Of a DNA stretch of 64,000 bases, positions 36,774-50,278 are shown in pieces. The first letter of the stretch is position 1. Each line of letters begins with the position of its first letter. Below the pieces are notes generated by a model, which was not told the DNA's origin, searched no databases, and was given only the letters and a program-made list of their open reading frames with translations. The position numbers were made by a program, and so were the translations under genes. Source of the DNA: Octopus bimaculoides (taxonomy: Eukaryota); NCBI RefSeq assembly GCF_001194135.2, contig NC_069003.1, positions 11,805,529 to 11,869,528 of the forward strand, read 5' to 3'.

Positions 36774-39700
36774 NNNNNNNNNNNNNNNNNNNNNNNNNNN
36801 NNNNNNNNNNNNNNNNNNNNNNNNNNNNNNNNNNNNNNNNNNNNNNNNNNNNNNNNNNNNNNNNNNNNNNNNNNNNNNNNNNNNNNNNNNNNNNNNNNNN
36901 NNNNNNNNNNNNNNNNNNNNNNNNNNNNNNNNNNNNNNNNNNNNNNNNNNNNNNNNNNNNNNNNNNNNNNNNNNNNNNNNNNNNNNNNNNNNNNNNNNNN
37001 NNNNNNNNNNNNNNNNNNNNNNNNATAGCATATACAAAGATCCCTATTGCTTGCTGTTTTTAGATTCTGAAGAAAGTCTTTCTTTTAAAAAAGACCAAAA
37101 AAAAAAAATTGTAGTAGAAGACACTTGCTCAAGGTGCCATGCAGTGGGATAGAACCCAAAACCACCACTAAAGAATTACTTACCTGTTCTTCATCAATGG
37201 TACAATCCAGTTTCCTGGTTTCAACAGATTCTGCCAAAAGTTTCCAATCGGTTGGCGCTTCATGAAGATCTCGGTAACCGAGTTTCACTTCCATTTCCAG
37301 CGTGGCATTTTCCACTGTACAAAGAATATAGTAACAATTACATATTTAGTCCCTACGGTTATATTCGTACTTGTCTAGCAAGTGATTTCATCTGAAACTG
37401 GGTGTTGAAACTAAAGCAATTACAGCAAGAGAGACTCCTTCTAGCCATTCAAAAACATACAGAAACTGTTTGTTTTAGCTTCCCTTTATCATTTATTACA
37501 AGGTACCAAAATTTTCATTGCTCAGTCTGCATCCTGCGTCCTTTGGTCATTGACACAGTTCCACTGCAACTGTTTGAAACTTAGTTACAAGCCAGTTTAT
37601 GTTAATAAGCCTCGGAGTTATAAATTTAAAATTTCCTTTTTTGTCTTCTTTTCCATGATCCTATATAGATCAAGCAAAGAGAAGATTAACCCTTTTGATA
37701 CTAACCCACCAAAGACCACCCTTGATTCTATAATACAAACTTCCTGTTTAAGTGATCTAAATTAAAACCTTCCTTCAAAAATTTCATGTTAATTTGTGTC
37801 CCAAACACCATTCTGGCACAAGGACAGCAATACTTTTAGGGAGAGGATTCAGTTGACAACATTGACTCTGAAAGGATAAAAGGCGAAGTTTACCTCGGCA
37901 ACATTTGTACCCAGAACATAAACAGAAGAAACACTGCTAAGTGTTTTCTCCAGTGTGCTAACGATTCTACCAGCCTGCTGCCTTAACCCTTTAGCATTCA
38001 GATTAGTTTGTCAAATGTGATGCTTATTTATTCATATTGCAGCGTGGAAAGTGTTTATAAGCCATTTAAAATAACACACAAAAACCGTTAGATTCACTTC
38101 AAGATTTAAATTTAATTTGTAACGGTTTTTGTGTGTTATTTTAAATGGCTTATAAACACCTTCCACACTGCAATTGTTTTCATTCCAGCACACGATCTCA
38201 GATCAGGTCACTTGCTATCCAAGTACATCTCCGTAATTTATTCATATTATTTTGAATTAATCATGCATTATTTTGTAGCTCAGAGATTTTCATGATGTCA
38301 TTGTTTATTTTTAGAATGACATTGTAGGATAGATACAAGGCCAGTCTAGCCAATCTTAACATAAAACTGGTGGAATATTGAGGCCGGATAAGTCCAGTTT
38401 GAATACTAAATGGGTAAATACCATCATAATAATGATGTCAAAGTTATCATTAATTTAACTTTGAAGTGACATGTGTTCACTTACAACTACGAATACAGTA
38501 GTTCTATTTTATGACCATAGGAAAATGTAAATAAAGTCAGTCAAGGTAAGATTTGAACACAGAATATAAAGGGGCATAACTAAGTACCGTAATCTTTTAT
38601 GTTTTTTTTTTATCTTTTAAGGAAGTTATGAGAGAGTGAAGACATGGGATGAAGTTTTGAAAGAGAGGACAGAGGACCAAGATATGTGGCGCATTACTGT
38701 ACTTGAGAAGACCTGACCACCACAACAGAATTGAGATCCTAAAACCAAGGTGCCACGTAAAAAGCAGTGGTGCTGATACCACTTTAAAAGCACCTGTGAT
38801 GGTGCCACTTAAATAGCACCTGCGATAGCGCTACATAAAAAGTAGCCAGTGTTACTGGTGTTAGGAAGGGCATCCAGCCATAGAAACCAAACCAAAACAG
38901 ACAACGGAACCTGGTGCCGCCCCTGACATTACCGGTTCTTGTCAAGCCATCTAACCCATGCCAGTATGGAAAACGGGCATTAATGGTGATGATGATCTTG
39001 TTAGTCACTGGACCTTGGTCAAAGGGTTCTAGTCAAATAAATTGACACCAATACTTATTTTTAAGTTTGATACTTATTCTATCAGTCCCTTTTGCCAAAC
39101 TGTTAAGTCACGGAGAATGTAAACAAACACCAGTCATCGGCAATGGTGGGGGACAAGCACAAACACACAACAGGCTTCCACACAATCTTCTTCTACCAAA
39201 TTCAATCACAAGGCATTGGTCAATTCAGGACTATAATAGAAAAGATTTATCCAAACTGCAGCGCAGTGAGACTGAACCTGAGACCACAAGCTTACAAAGC
39301 ATTTCAACAGCACAGCCATGCCTGTGCCTATAGATATTTTTCTTCCTGATGCCCTGCCAATTTTGCCTTCCACTCAGTCATTTGACTACATTTTGGAGGT
39401 GGTGGGGTTGTCTTGTTTTTTAATCTGCTGTAACAATGAGATGAAGAAAAAATAGGGAAATAGAAGCAGAAGATGGAGAAAGATTAATATAATGGATAGA
39501 TAAGTCTTAATACTTACACATAGGGTGGTTTTCATCATAAGCAATCTCTAACTGCAGCACTGCTATGATATTCTGAAACCAGCGGGACATATCCAGTTGC
39601 TTGCCACCTTTCGGACCAGGGATCCAGAAAGTGAAGACAATCTGGTTTGGAGAAATCTGCTCTGTCATGACCTTGGGATCATCAAAAGTCGACAATGACT

Positions 39701-40203
39701 GGCAGCTTTCAGACTCTCCTCTTGGGATAAACCATTGCTTTTTATGTGCATGCCGCCCACGATCAATGCACTTTGTTCCCAGAATTGTCTGAACATGTGA
39801 TGGCGCCGGTGCTGAAAAATAAGAAAAAACTTTTAATTCATAAAGGAAGAAAGGAAAAGAGAAAAATACAGATAAAGGAGTAAAGTTAAGAAGAGCATTA
39901 TAGTTTGCTTGAAGCATTGTAGTATAGAAATAGAATAATAAACAAAAAAAGGAAGGCTTCTAACAATGCTGAGATGAAAGAGAAACCATATATTTCGAGC
40001 ACAAAAGCCCATCTTCAGAAGGATACAAAGAAATGATGTCTGCATAGATCCCACCATTTGGACAGCCAAACGGGCCCAGATGGCAGGAGCTATGTAGATA
40101 CACAACACCTGTAAATACACCAATATCAGTTGTCAAGCAGTGATGGGGGGGGGAACAAACACAGACCCAAAAACACACCTACATTGACATATGTGTGTGT
40201 GTA

Positions 40204-40259
<56 letters not shown>

Positions 40260-43200
40260 ACAGGCTTCTTTCATTTTCTATCTACCAAATCCACTCACAA
40301 GGCTTTGGTCAGCCTGAGGTTATAGAAGAAGACAATTGCCCAAGGTGCCATGCAGTGGAACTGAACCCGGAACCATGTAGTTGGGAAGTAAGCTTCTTAC
40401 CACACGCCCATGCCTGAAGCTACCAAAATAATACCTGATTAATTGAAATATGGGTAAATAATGATTATATTTCACAGAATAATCTTAACTAGTGGGACCT
40501 GTGAATATTTCACGGAATTAATGGTTAACTTATTTGGTTATTTCTGAAAACTTTATCCCAAAAACCTGAAAGCGTAGACTGTGTTGTGTCTGTATCAAAA
40601 GATGGTCGCTCATCTGCTAATCATTGAAAAATGAAGGAAATTGGAATACAATGATTCCTTAATACACTTTATATACTCTATACTCTCTTTTACTCTTTTA
40701 CTTGTTTCAGTCATTTGACTGCGGCCATGCTGGAGCACCGCCTTTAGTCGAGCAAATCGACCCCAGGACTTATTCTTTGGAAGCCTAATACTTATTCTAT
40801 CGGTCTCTTTTGCCGAACCGCTAAGTTATGAGGACGTAAACACACCACCATCGGATGTCAAGCGATGGTGGGAGGACAAACACAAACACACATATATACG
40901 ACAGGCTTCTTTCAGTTTCCGTCTACCAAATCCACTCACAAGGCTATAGTAGAAGACACTTGCCCAAGGTGCCACGCAGTGGGACTGAACCCGGAACCAT
41001 GTGGTTGGTAAGCAAGCTACTTACCACACAGCCACTCCTGCGCCTATGCATGTTTTTATAGACTTAATACACAACACTCTCCTTCTTTCTCTCTCATTCT
41101 TCGCCTTACCCTCTTTTTCTCTCTCCTTTTTATTTCACTCTTTGCCTTTCCCTTCAGCTAATCATGTGAAAGCATTTATAGACAGGTTAAGTAACGGACG
41201 AAAAACCTTATTTAAAAAGAAAAAAAAGTGCACATTTCACTCATCACCTCTCCCTCCCCTTGTCTTGCCTTGCCTCTCCACTCCCCTTCATTCCCTCCCA
41301 CCTCAACTAATTACATGGAAGCATTACGGAGGGGCTAAGCAAGGGAGTGACAAACAGAATTATCATAAGATGTTAAAGGGCTAACCAAGCAGACCTTAGA
41401 GTATCCAGGAGTAAATTATTAATTTGTGTCCTTCAACCTTTCACTAGAAAGAGAATTAGCTGCTATTTCTGATGCATAGTGGGGGCTTTGTAGGGAATCC
41501 CACATTAGCTCAATACTGAGGAGGCTAAAGAGACAGAAGAGACGTAATAAAGACTTATTTGTACATATTAGGACTGTGTAAGTACATGTGGGTGTGTGAG
41601 TGAGTGAGTGTGCATAGAAAAGAGGTTTTCTGTCAATTATTAGAAGCTTTGATCATCAAACTGATACACACACACACACAAATATATATATACACACATG
41701 CTATGTGTGTGTGTGTGTGGATGCACACACAAACCGACATATACATACACAATTGCTCACATCTGTTTTCCACTATTAATTTCCTCTGCCGATAGGATTC
41801 TGTGTTTGTCTTGTGTTTACTCTGATAAAATGTATATATACATACATATGTATATCTATATATATATATGTGTGTGTGTGTATAATATGTATGTATGTAT
41901 ATGTGTGTGTGTGTGTGTGTGTTTTATATATATATATATACATATATAGAAATTCACACACACAAACGCACACATATATATGTATAAATTCACACACACA
42001 CACACACACACATATATACATACATATATATATTATATAGGTTGTTACAAATTCACAACCAGAACAACAGGTGTTGGTAATAGTTCTGGAAATTGGCAGA
42101 AGCATTTTGGAAGAAGTGAAGCTAAGAAACAGCAGGGGCAGAGCTTAAGTGGAAACACAAGTGTTAATATTGATGTTACCTTTTTTTTTAATGCTATTAT
42201 TAGTGTGTTGGAAGCAACAGTATGATCGTAGAAGTGGTGATGGTGGTGGTGGCAGAGGAGATGATAACAGTCATAGCTATGATGATAGTAGTTACATGGG
42301 TAGGGATGGGGCGTCATAGCTGTTGTGGTTGTTATACTGGTGGTACTCTGTAGTCATATCTCATGTGAGTTGATATGACAGACTACACAAAGCAGAATTA
42401 AACCAAACCATTTGTTGTCTTTTATCTTTTACTTGTTTCAGTCATTAAACTGTGACCATGCTGGGGCACTGCCTTGAATTTTTAGTCAAATGAATCGACC
42501 CCACTAGGGACTTCTTTTTTAAACCTGCTACTTATTTTATTGGTCTCTTGCTGAACTATTAAGTTATGGGGACGTAAATACACCAACATTGGTTATCAAG
42601 TGGTGATGGGGGTGGGGACACAGACACACATATACACGATGGGCTTCTTTCAGTTTCCATCTACCAAATCTACTCACGAGGCTTTGGTTGGCCTGAGGTT
42701 ATACACACACACACACACACACACATATATTTAAGGCACATGGCTCAGTAGTTAGAGTGGTAATAAGAGTACAAAGGTCTCCATAACTTATCATCGCCTC
42801 GGTGAGGCCCAATGTTCGAAGGTTGTGCTTTAACACCTCATCTCAGATCTCCCTGGGTCTACCTCTTCCACAGGTTCCCTTTACTGCTAGGATTTGACAC
42901 TTTTTCACACAGCAGTCCTCATCCATTCTTGCCAAGTGACCATACCAGTACAGTCGTATCTCTTGCACACCACATCTGATGCTTCTGATGTCCAACTTTT
43001 CTCTCAGGGCGTTTACATCTGTCGTGTATGCACACTGACATTACACATCCAGCAGAGCATAGTTGCTTCATTCCTTGCAAGCTTAGGCATGTCCTCAAGT
43101 CATGGCCCATGTTCCACTGCCATGTAGCATGGCTGTTCGCACATATGCGTCATGCAGTTTACCATTTACTCTGAGCAGCAGAAAATAAGGGAAGCTTCAC

Positions 43201-44776
43201 TGCTCTGGACCGCAAGTTTGGTGTCAGTGAATCTACTACTTGTTCCAATATGAATGTGTCTGATCATAACAAATGATGCAGATGAGTGTTTTCTCTACAG
43301 GAGAAGGTGGATATGACCAAGAAAATCATGATGGAGGAAGCGTACGTACATATGTATGTATAAATGTGCATACATGCATGCATGCTCACACACATAAATA
43401 TGGCGAGAGAGAAAGAGGACACACAAATAGGGCGAGAGAGAGAGAGAGGACAAATAAACAGAGAGGGGTGAGAGAACAAGAAAATCATTGAAATGTCTGA
43501 TGTCAAATCAGCAACCCCAAATAGGCAGCACCAGAATGGTTGTGCTAATATGATTCATACCCCAAAATTAAAAATAGTTTTTACAGTTCTGTGCTAGGGT
43601 GTAGATTGGCAGAATCATTTGAGCATCTCACAAAATATTTTGCAAACCAGCCTGCAGTTTGCAGAGCACTGGGCATCCACTAAGGGTTTGTTAGATATTC
43701 ACAGAGCCAAGTTCAAAATTCGTTGTGTAGGTAGTCCTGTCTATAGGAAGACTCATTTAACCTTTTAGCATTCAGATTATTTCATCAAATGTAATGTTTA
43801 TTTATTCACATTGTTTTGAACTAATTATGCATTATATTGTAGCTTTGCGATTTTGATGAAGTAACTGTTAATTTTTTAGAATGATATTATATGGTTTGTG
43901 TAAGAACCCAGATTAAAACAGGTAGAATATTTTGACCAGATATGGCTGGTTCAAATGCTTAAGGGTTAAACCGACCATATCTGGTCAAACCTGCTAGATC
44001 CAGTCTCTCACATCTACTCTACAATATCATTCTAAAAATAAATAATTGCATCATTGAAATCTCAAAACTACAAAATGATGCATGATTAATTCAAAACCAT
44101 GTGAATGATAAACATTACATCCAGCAAAGCAATCTGAATGCTAAAGGGTTTTTAAAAATGGGTGGGGCATTGTCCTTATTAGTTCAAGTTTGGAACTACT
44201 CATCTGTTATTTCTAGCAGGCTGAGAAACCACATAGTCCATTATGTGGGGTGGTTGGTGTTAGGAAGTGCATCTAGCCATAAGAACCATACCCAAGCAGA
44301 CAGTGGAAGCCCAGTGCAGTCTTCTGTGTAGCCAGCTACTGTCAAACCATCCTACCCATACCAACATAGAAAACAGACGTTAAATGATCTTGATGATGAT
44401 GATGATGACGACGACGACGATGTCTCCGTTATTGACTCATACAGTCACTATACGAAGGAAACTGAGTCAAGAAAGGTGTGTTGTCTTTGATGGCCTAACC
44501 AGTTCAATTCACAATTATTAGACATACTGCTTACTGTATTTGTATTTCAAACACCACTACCACTGCTGTCACAACCACTGCTACCTCTGGTTCCATCCTG
44601 AGTCACACAGTACATAGCACTTTGTGATATAGTTGGCATATAATAAGTATTGTGTGTGTGTGCGTGGGGGGACATTAAAAGTAGAAAAGCATGTTCATAT
44701 ATAAATTGAATATATATATGTGTGTGTGTGTGTGTATGTATATAAATAAATTGAATATATATATATATATATATAT

Positions 44777-44813
<37 letters not shown>

Positions 44814-44986
44814 GCGGACATTTATTGTGGTTTTACAGTCAGGATTTGACTGCTATTTTTTCAGCGTGGTGGTATCTCTTGATACCCTGTATTATAATTT
44901 TAAATAATTATTACCTTTGATGGTTTTTATTCCCATGCTGACCACTTGATAAGATCAATATTTTAAATATCGATCTTATCCTTATT

Positions 44987-45040
<54 letters not shown>

Positions 45041-48000
45041 CAATTTAGAGAAGAGCCACTGCTATACAATTCAGACAATATATATATATATATATATATA
45101 AATTGAATATTATATATATATATAACCATAACCCTGTACATGGCTTGCACAACTCTCACTAACCATTCATCTATCCCTAGTTTCCTTATTGACCATTAGA
45201 TAAGGGATCGGGAGACCCTGTCAAAGGCTTCCTCCATGTCAACGAAAGCCAGGTACAGAGGTTTATCCTTGGCTAAGTATTTCTCCTGCAGCTGTCTTAC
45301 CAGAAATATAGCATCAATGGTGCTTTTCCCTGGCATAAACCCAAACTGCATCTCATCTAGACTGACTCTCTCCGTAACTAGTTGGGCTATGACCCTCTCC
45401 GTGACCTGAAGGTCACCTGATCCAACAACTTGATACCTCTGTAATTATTTGCATCTAAAGCCTCACCTTTACTTTTGTAGCAGTTGACCATAGTGCTGCT
45501 ACACCAGTCATTGGGTGTGTCTCCTTCATGTATCACCTGGTTAACTATACCGCAGAGATGCTCAAAAACCCTTTTCTGAGTTATTTACTTTGAATTGTTA
45601 TTGCCTCATATCTGATTAGCCTGTTATTACGTAACATGCTTCACGATTTTAGTATACATACCTTATTAGTATTTCCTCCTATGTTCTATATACTCTGGGA
45701 ATGCATTAAAGCCCTTTTCAGGGCTACTTTATTTGAATTCTTACTATTGTTATTCCATGTTATTACATAACTGACTTCACAATTTGGGTATATATAACTT
45801 ATTGGGAATGAATGGGAGAAAGAGAGTCTGTCGAATGCCGACCCAACAGAAGGACTAGCTATCCGAATTGACAGTACCTTAGTAGATAAAGCAATTGAGG
45901 GTATGAAACCAGGGAAAGCCCCCGGCCCATCAGGAATCACCATAGAGATGCTCAAAATATCTGGCGGTGTTAGCTATAGATATATTTAGTGGAAATGAAA
46001 TGTAAGAAGACAGTTAAAGGTCGAATTTTATAGATTGGGAGAAATTACTTATATGAACTAAAGGCATGTTTTTGTCAATGTTTGCAATGATAAACGCGTT
46101 CTTTAAACGTGTTTCCAAGAGAATTCTCTGGGAATAGGATGAGATAGAGTTCTTCATTACTGAGCGAACAAAAAGATTTATTTTTATCATAAGGAAAGGA
46201 CCTAGACAGAATATTCCATTCCAAATCAAATTGTTTCTTATGATCCTCAAGAGACCAAATTAATTTACTAAGCCCACTATTGTTGTGTTTATTTAGAGTA
46301 ATGGTTATACATATCAATAAACATTTAGACATATCAATAAACATATACATATATACACACATCATCATCATTGGAAGAGGTGACTTTTGTCAGATGATGA
46401 AAGGTTATAGTGAGAGAGACAGAAACAGGTGTTTTGCTGTAGAGGAGGTACAAGGTTACTCGGCTGGAGAGAGAGGGGGAGAGAGCAGACAAGTATCCAT
46501 TACCAAGGATGACTATAACAAGGTTGAAATCATGTGATCTTGTGGCCTCAAAAGCTGGAATAATAGGAAGTTCTCTCCCCGCCTGCAACATATATCGAAT
46601 GCAAAGTGCACTAAATAACCAGCTGGAGGAGGCGTCAACCTGTGGTTAAAATAGCAGTATTGTCTGTTCTTTGAGAACACCCATGTTTAGATGGTAATAA
46701 ACATTACTTTTCAGTATAAATATTGCTTCTGTCTTTATAGAGATTTTCTTAACGAGCTAGTTTGCTTGTTATATTGTGTATGTATATCTATATATTTATA
46801 TGTATATACACATATACATACACGTGTTTGCATGTGTGTATATATATTATATATGTGTATATATGTATATATAAGACAGACAGAGAGACGATAGGCTTCC
46901 ATACAGTTTTTTGTCTACTAAATCCATTTACAAACTTTTGGTCACTCTGGTGCCAACCATGTGGTTCCAAAGTGAGTTTTTTAAACAACAGTTTCCCACT
47001 TTTTTTTTAAATTTCTTTCTTACTATAACCTAGGATCAACTCCAACCTTTCTGGGTAAAAATATGTAGATCAAAACAAACTGTGTGACAAGTGAGTGGTT
47101 AAGAAGTTCTTCTCTGCAATCATGAGGTCTCAGGTTCTGTTCTACTGCAAGCCATCTTTGGCAAGTGGGATTTTTGGGGTTTTTTTTTTACTATACTCTC
47201 GAGTCAACACCCAACTTTATGAGTGAAACTGGATAGACTAAATCTGTACATCAATCCCTTCACTCCAACCATGTCACACACTGTACCAATGATTCTGCCC
47301 AAGAGTTACATTAAGAGTAAACATGTGGCTTTGGAATACTCAGCCACTTCATGTGTTTACTCAATGACCAGGTAGTTCAATTAGTCAAACAAATGAATAC
47401 ACATCATTGATGACCAACAGGTATATATTAATTTACTTACTTAATTGACTGACTTCAGAGGGATAAAAGAAAAATTCACTCTATTTGGTCTTGGATTGTC
47501 ATCAACCCTTTTAATACCAACCCACCTCTATGATATAAACTTCCCGTTCTTAATAATCCTGAAACAACAGAAATGTGGAAACCACAGGGATGTATGACTC
47601 CATCAGTCTACATCTGTGAGTCACCATCTTGTGTCTATGATACAAACATCCTGTTTCAAACTGATCTGAATTAAAATCCTAATTGAAACAAATGCAGGGT
47701 ATTTCAACAGGAATATGGTAATAAAAGGGTTAAATATCAATCTGTGCATTCTATGACTCACCTAAGACTGACTATCCCTTGGTTCTAACATCCTGATTCA
47801 AAGTGTTACCAAAACCTTCCATCATAAATTTATGCTAATTTATGTTCCAAATGCCAGCTTAATAATAACAAAGTTATTTTACTAAATTCTCTGTTGCTTT
47901 TGAATTTAAATTGAAATAAATGCAATCTATTTCAATAGAAATACAAGGGTTAACCCTTTTGATAACAACCTGCTTGAAACTGTCCCCTGGTGCTATGATA

Positions 48001-48527
48001 CAAACATTCTGTTCATAACAGAGGCAGTATGTTTCAATGGGAATTTGGTAACAAAAGGATTAGACTGATCTAAATTAAAACCTAACAAAATTTCATACTA
48101 ATTTATGTTCAAAGTTATTTTATAAAATTCTTCATTATTTTCAAAATTAATTCAAACAAAGGATGATGATGTAGTGTATTTAAACAGGAATATGGTAACA
48201 AAAAGGTTAAGTATTTTATGACTCTATCAGTCTCTATGTTCTGTGACTCACCAGAGGCCTTTCCATGGTTCTATGATACAAACATTCTGTTTTAAAATGA
48301 TCTTAATTAAAACCTTCCATCCAAATTTCATGTTAAATTATGTTCCAAACACCAGGTTAATAAGGACAAAGTTATTCTGCTCAATTATTCACTATTTTAT
48401 AAATTAATTGAAACAGAGGTTCCGGGTTCAGTCCCACTGCGTGGCATCTTGGGCAAGTGTCTTCTTCTATAGCCTCAGGCCGACCAGAGTGGATTTGGTA
48501 GATGGAAACTGAAAGAAGCCCGTCGTA

Positions 48528-48578
<51 letters not shown>

Positions 48579-50240
48579 GTGTGCGTGTGTGTGTGTCTTT
48601 GTTTGTCCCCCTAGCATTGCTTGACAACCGATGCTGGTGTGCTTATGTCCCCTGTCACTTAGCCATTCAGCAAAAGAGACCAATAGAATAAGTACTAGGC
48701 TTACAAAGAATAAGTCCCGGGGTTGATTTGCTCAACTAAAGGCGGTGCTCCAGCATGGCGACAGTCAAATGACTGAAACAAGTAAAAGAGTAAAGAGTAA
48801 AGAGGGAGGCAGCACATTTCAATAGAAATATGGTAACCAAAGGGTTAAAGTGATCTAAATCAAAACCTTCCATCAAAATGTTGTAAACACCAGACTAATA
48901 ATGGCTTCGAATTTTGGCACAAGGCCTGCAATTTTGGGGAAGGGTGTGAGTCAATTACATCAACCCTAGTGCTCAACTGGACCTTATTTTATCAACGCCA
49001 AACGGATGAAAGGTAAAGTTGACCTCGTCAGAATTTGAACTCAGAACACACAGACATGAAATGCCGCCTAAGCATTTTGCCTAGCATGCTAACCATTCTG
49101 CCAGCTCACCATCTTATCACTAGATTGATAATCCTTTCTACAGGGTGTCCACAAAGTCTGGGTACATGGAGATTAACACATACTTTAAGAAATTATTATT
49201 TCTTATATTTAATTGTTTATGTTATGATTCTATTTACTCCATGTACCCAGACCTTGTGGACACCCTGTATTATAAGCACAAGGCCTGAAATTTGGAGGAG
49301 GGGATGAATCGATTACATCGACCCCAGTGCTCAACTGGTACTTGTTTTATTGACCCTGAAAGGATGAAAGGCAAAGTGGATCTTGGCGGGATTTGAACTC
49401 AGAACACAAAGACAGATGAAATACCACTAAGCATTTCGCCCGCCATGCTAATGATTCTGCTAGCTGGCTACCTTTAACACTAGATTAATAATGACAGTTA
49501 TTTTACTCATGTCACACCACCTTCTGGCAAGTGACCTGAACATCTGATGACCATCCTGGGAATTTTTTCTCGCATGACAAATGTATCTAGGACTACATTA
49601 CTCCATGTATACTGTTTTGTTTAGACAGCATATGATTTGGCTGCTGCTTTTAAGACATCTTGTAAACCACACAGTCACATAAATCAGACGGCTGTAACTG
49701 TTTAGCCCTAGGTCAGCTGTGATCAAACAGACACAGACATATAATCAAAGGTTTTCCAACCGTGACCATCCCATTTTTTCTGTACTTACAAAGAAATCTC
49801 AACACGTGTCCTTTTTAAAAAAAAAAAAAAAGTGGGGAAATGTCATTAGAGGAAAATTTGGCTGTTATTTCTAGCAAGCCAAGCGATCAAGTACAAGTTC
49901 CTGTATCACAGGCTTGAAGACCTGATTGATATGAGGCTGATTTGGCTGCTATTTTTAACAGGTCTAGTGATCATGTCAGAGGCTCTTTAATTGATTTTAA
50001 ATTTTGGGACAAGGCCAGCAATTGGGGTGGGGAGGGCTAAGTCGATTATATTGATCCCAGTTTTCAACTGGTATTTAGGATGAAAGGCAAAGTCGACCTC
50101 GGCATCATTTGAACTCAAAACGTAAAGATGGACAAAACGCATTTTGCCCAACCTGGAAACGATTCTGCCAGCTCACCGCCCCTGGAGGATCTTTTGTTAA
50201 CATGAAGAAAAGAATGCGTAAAAATTAACAGGTGTGTGAA

Positions 50241-50278
<38 letters not shown>

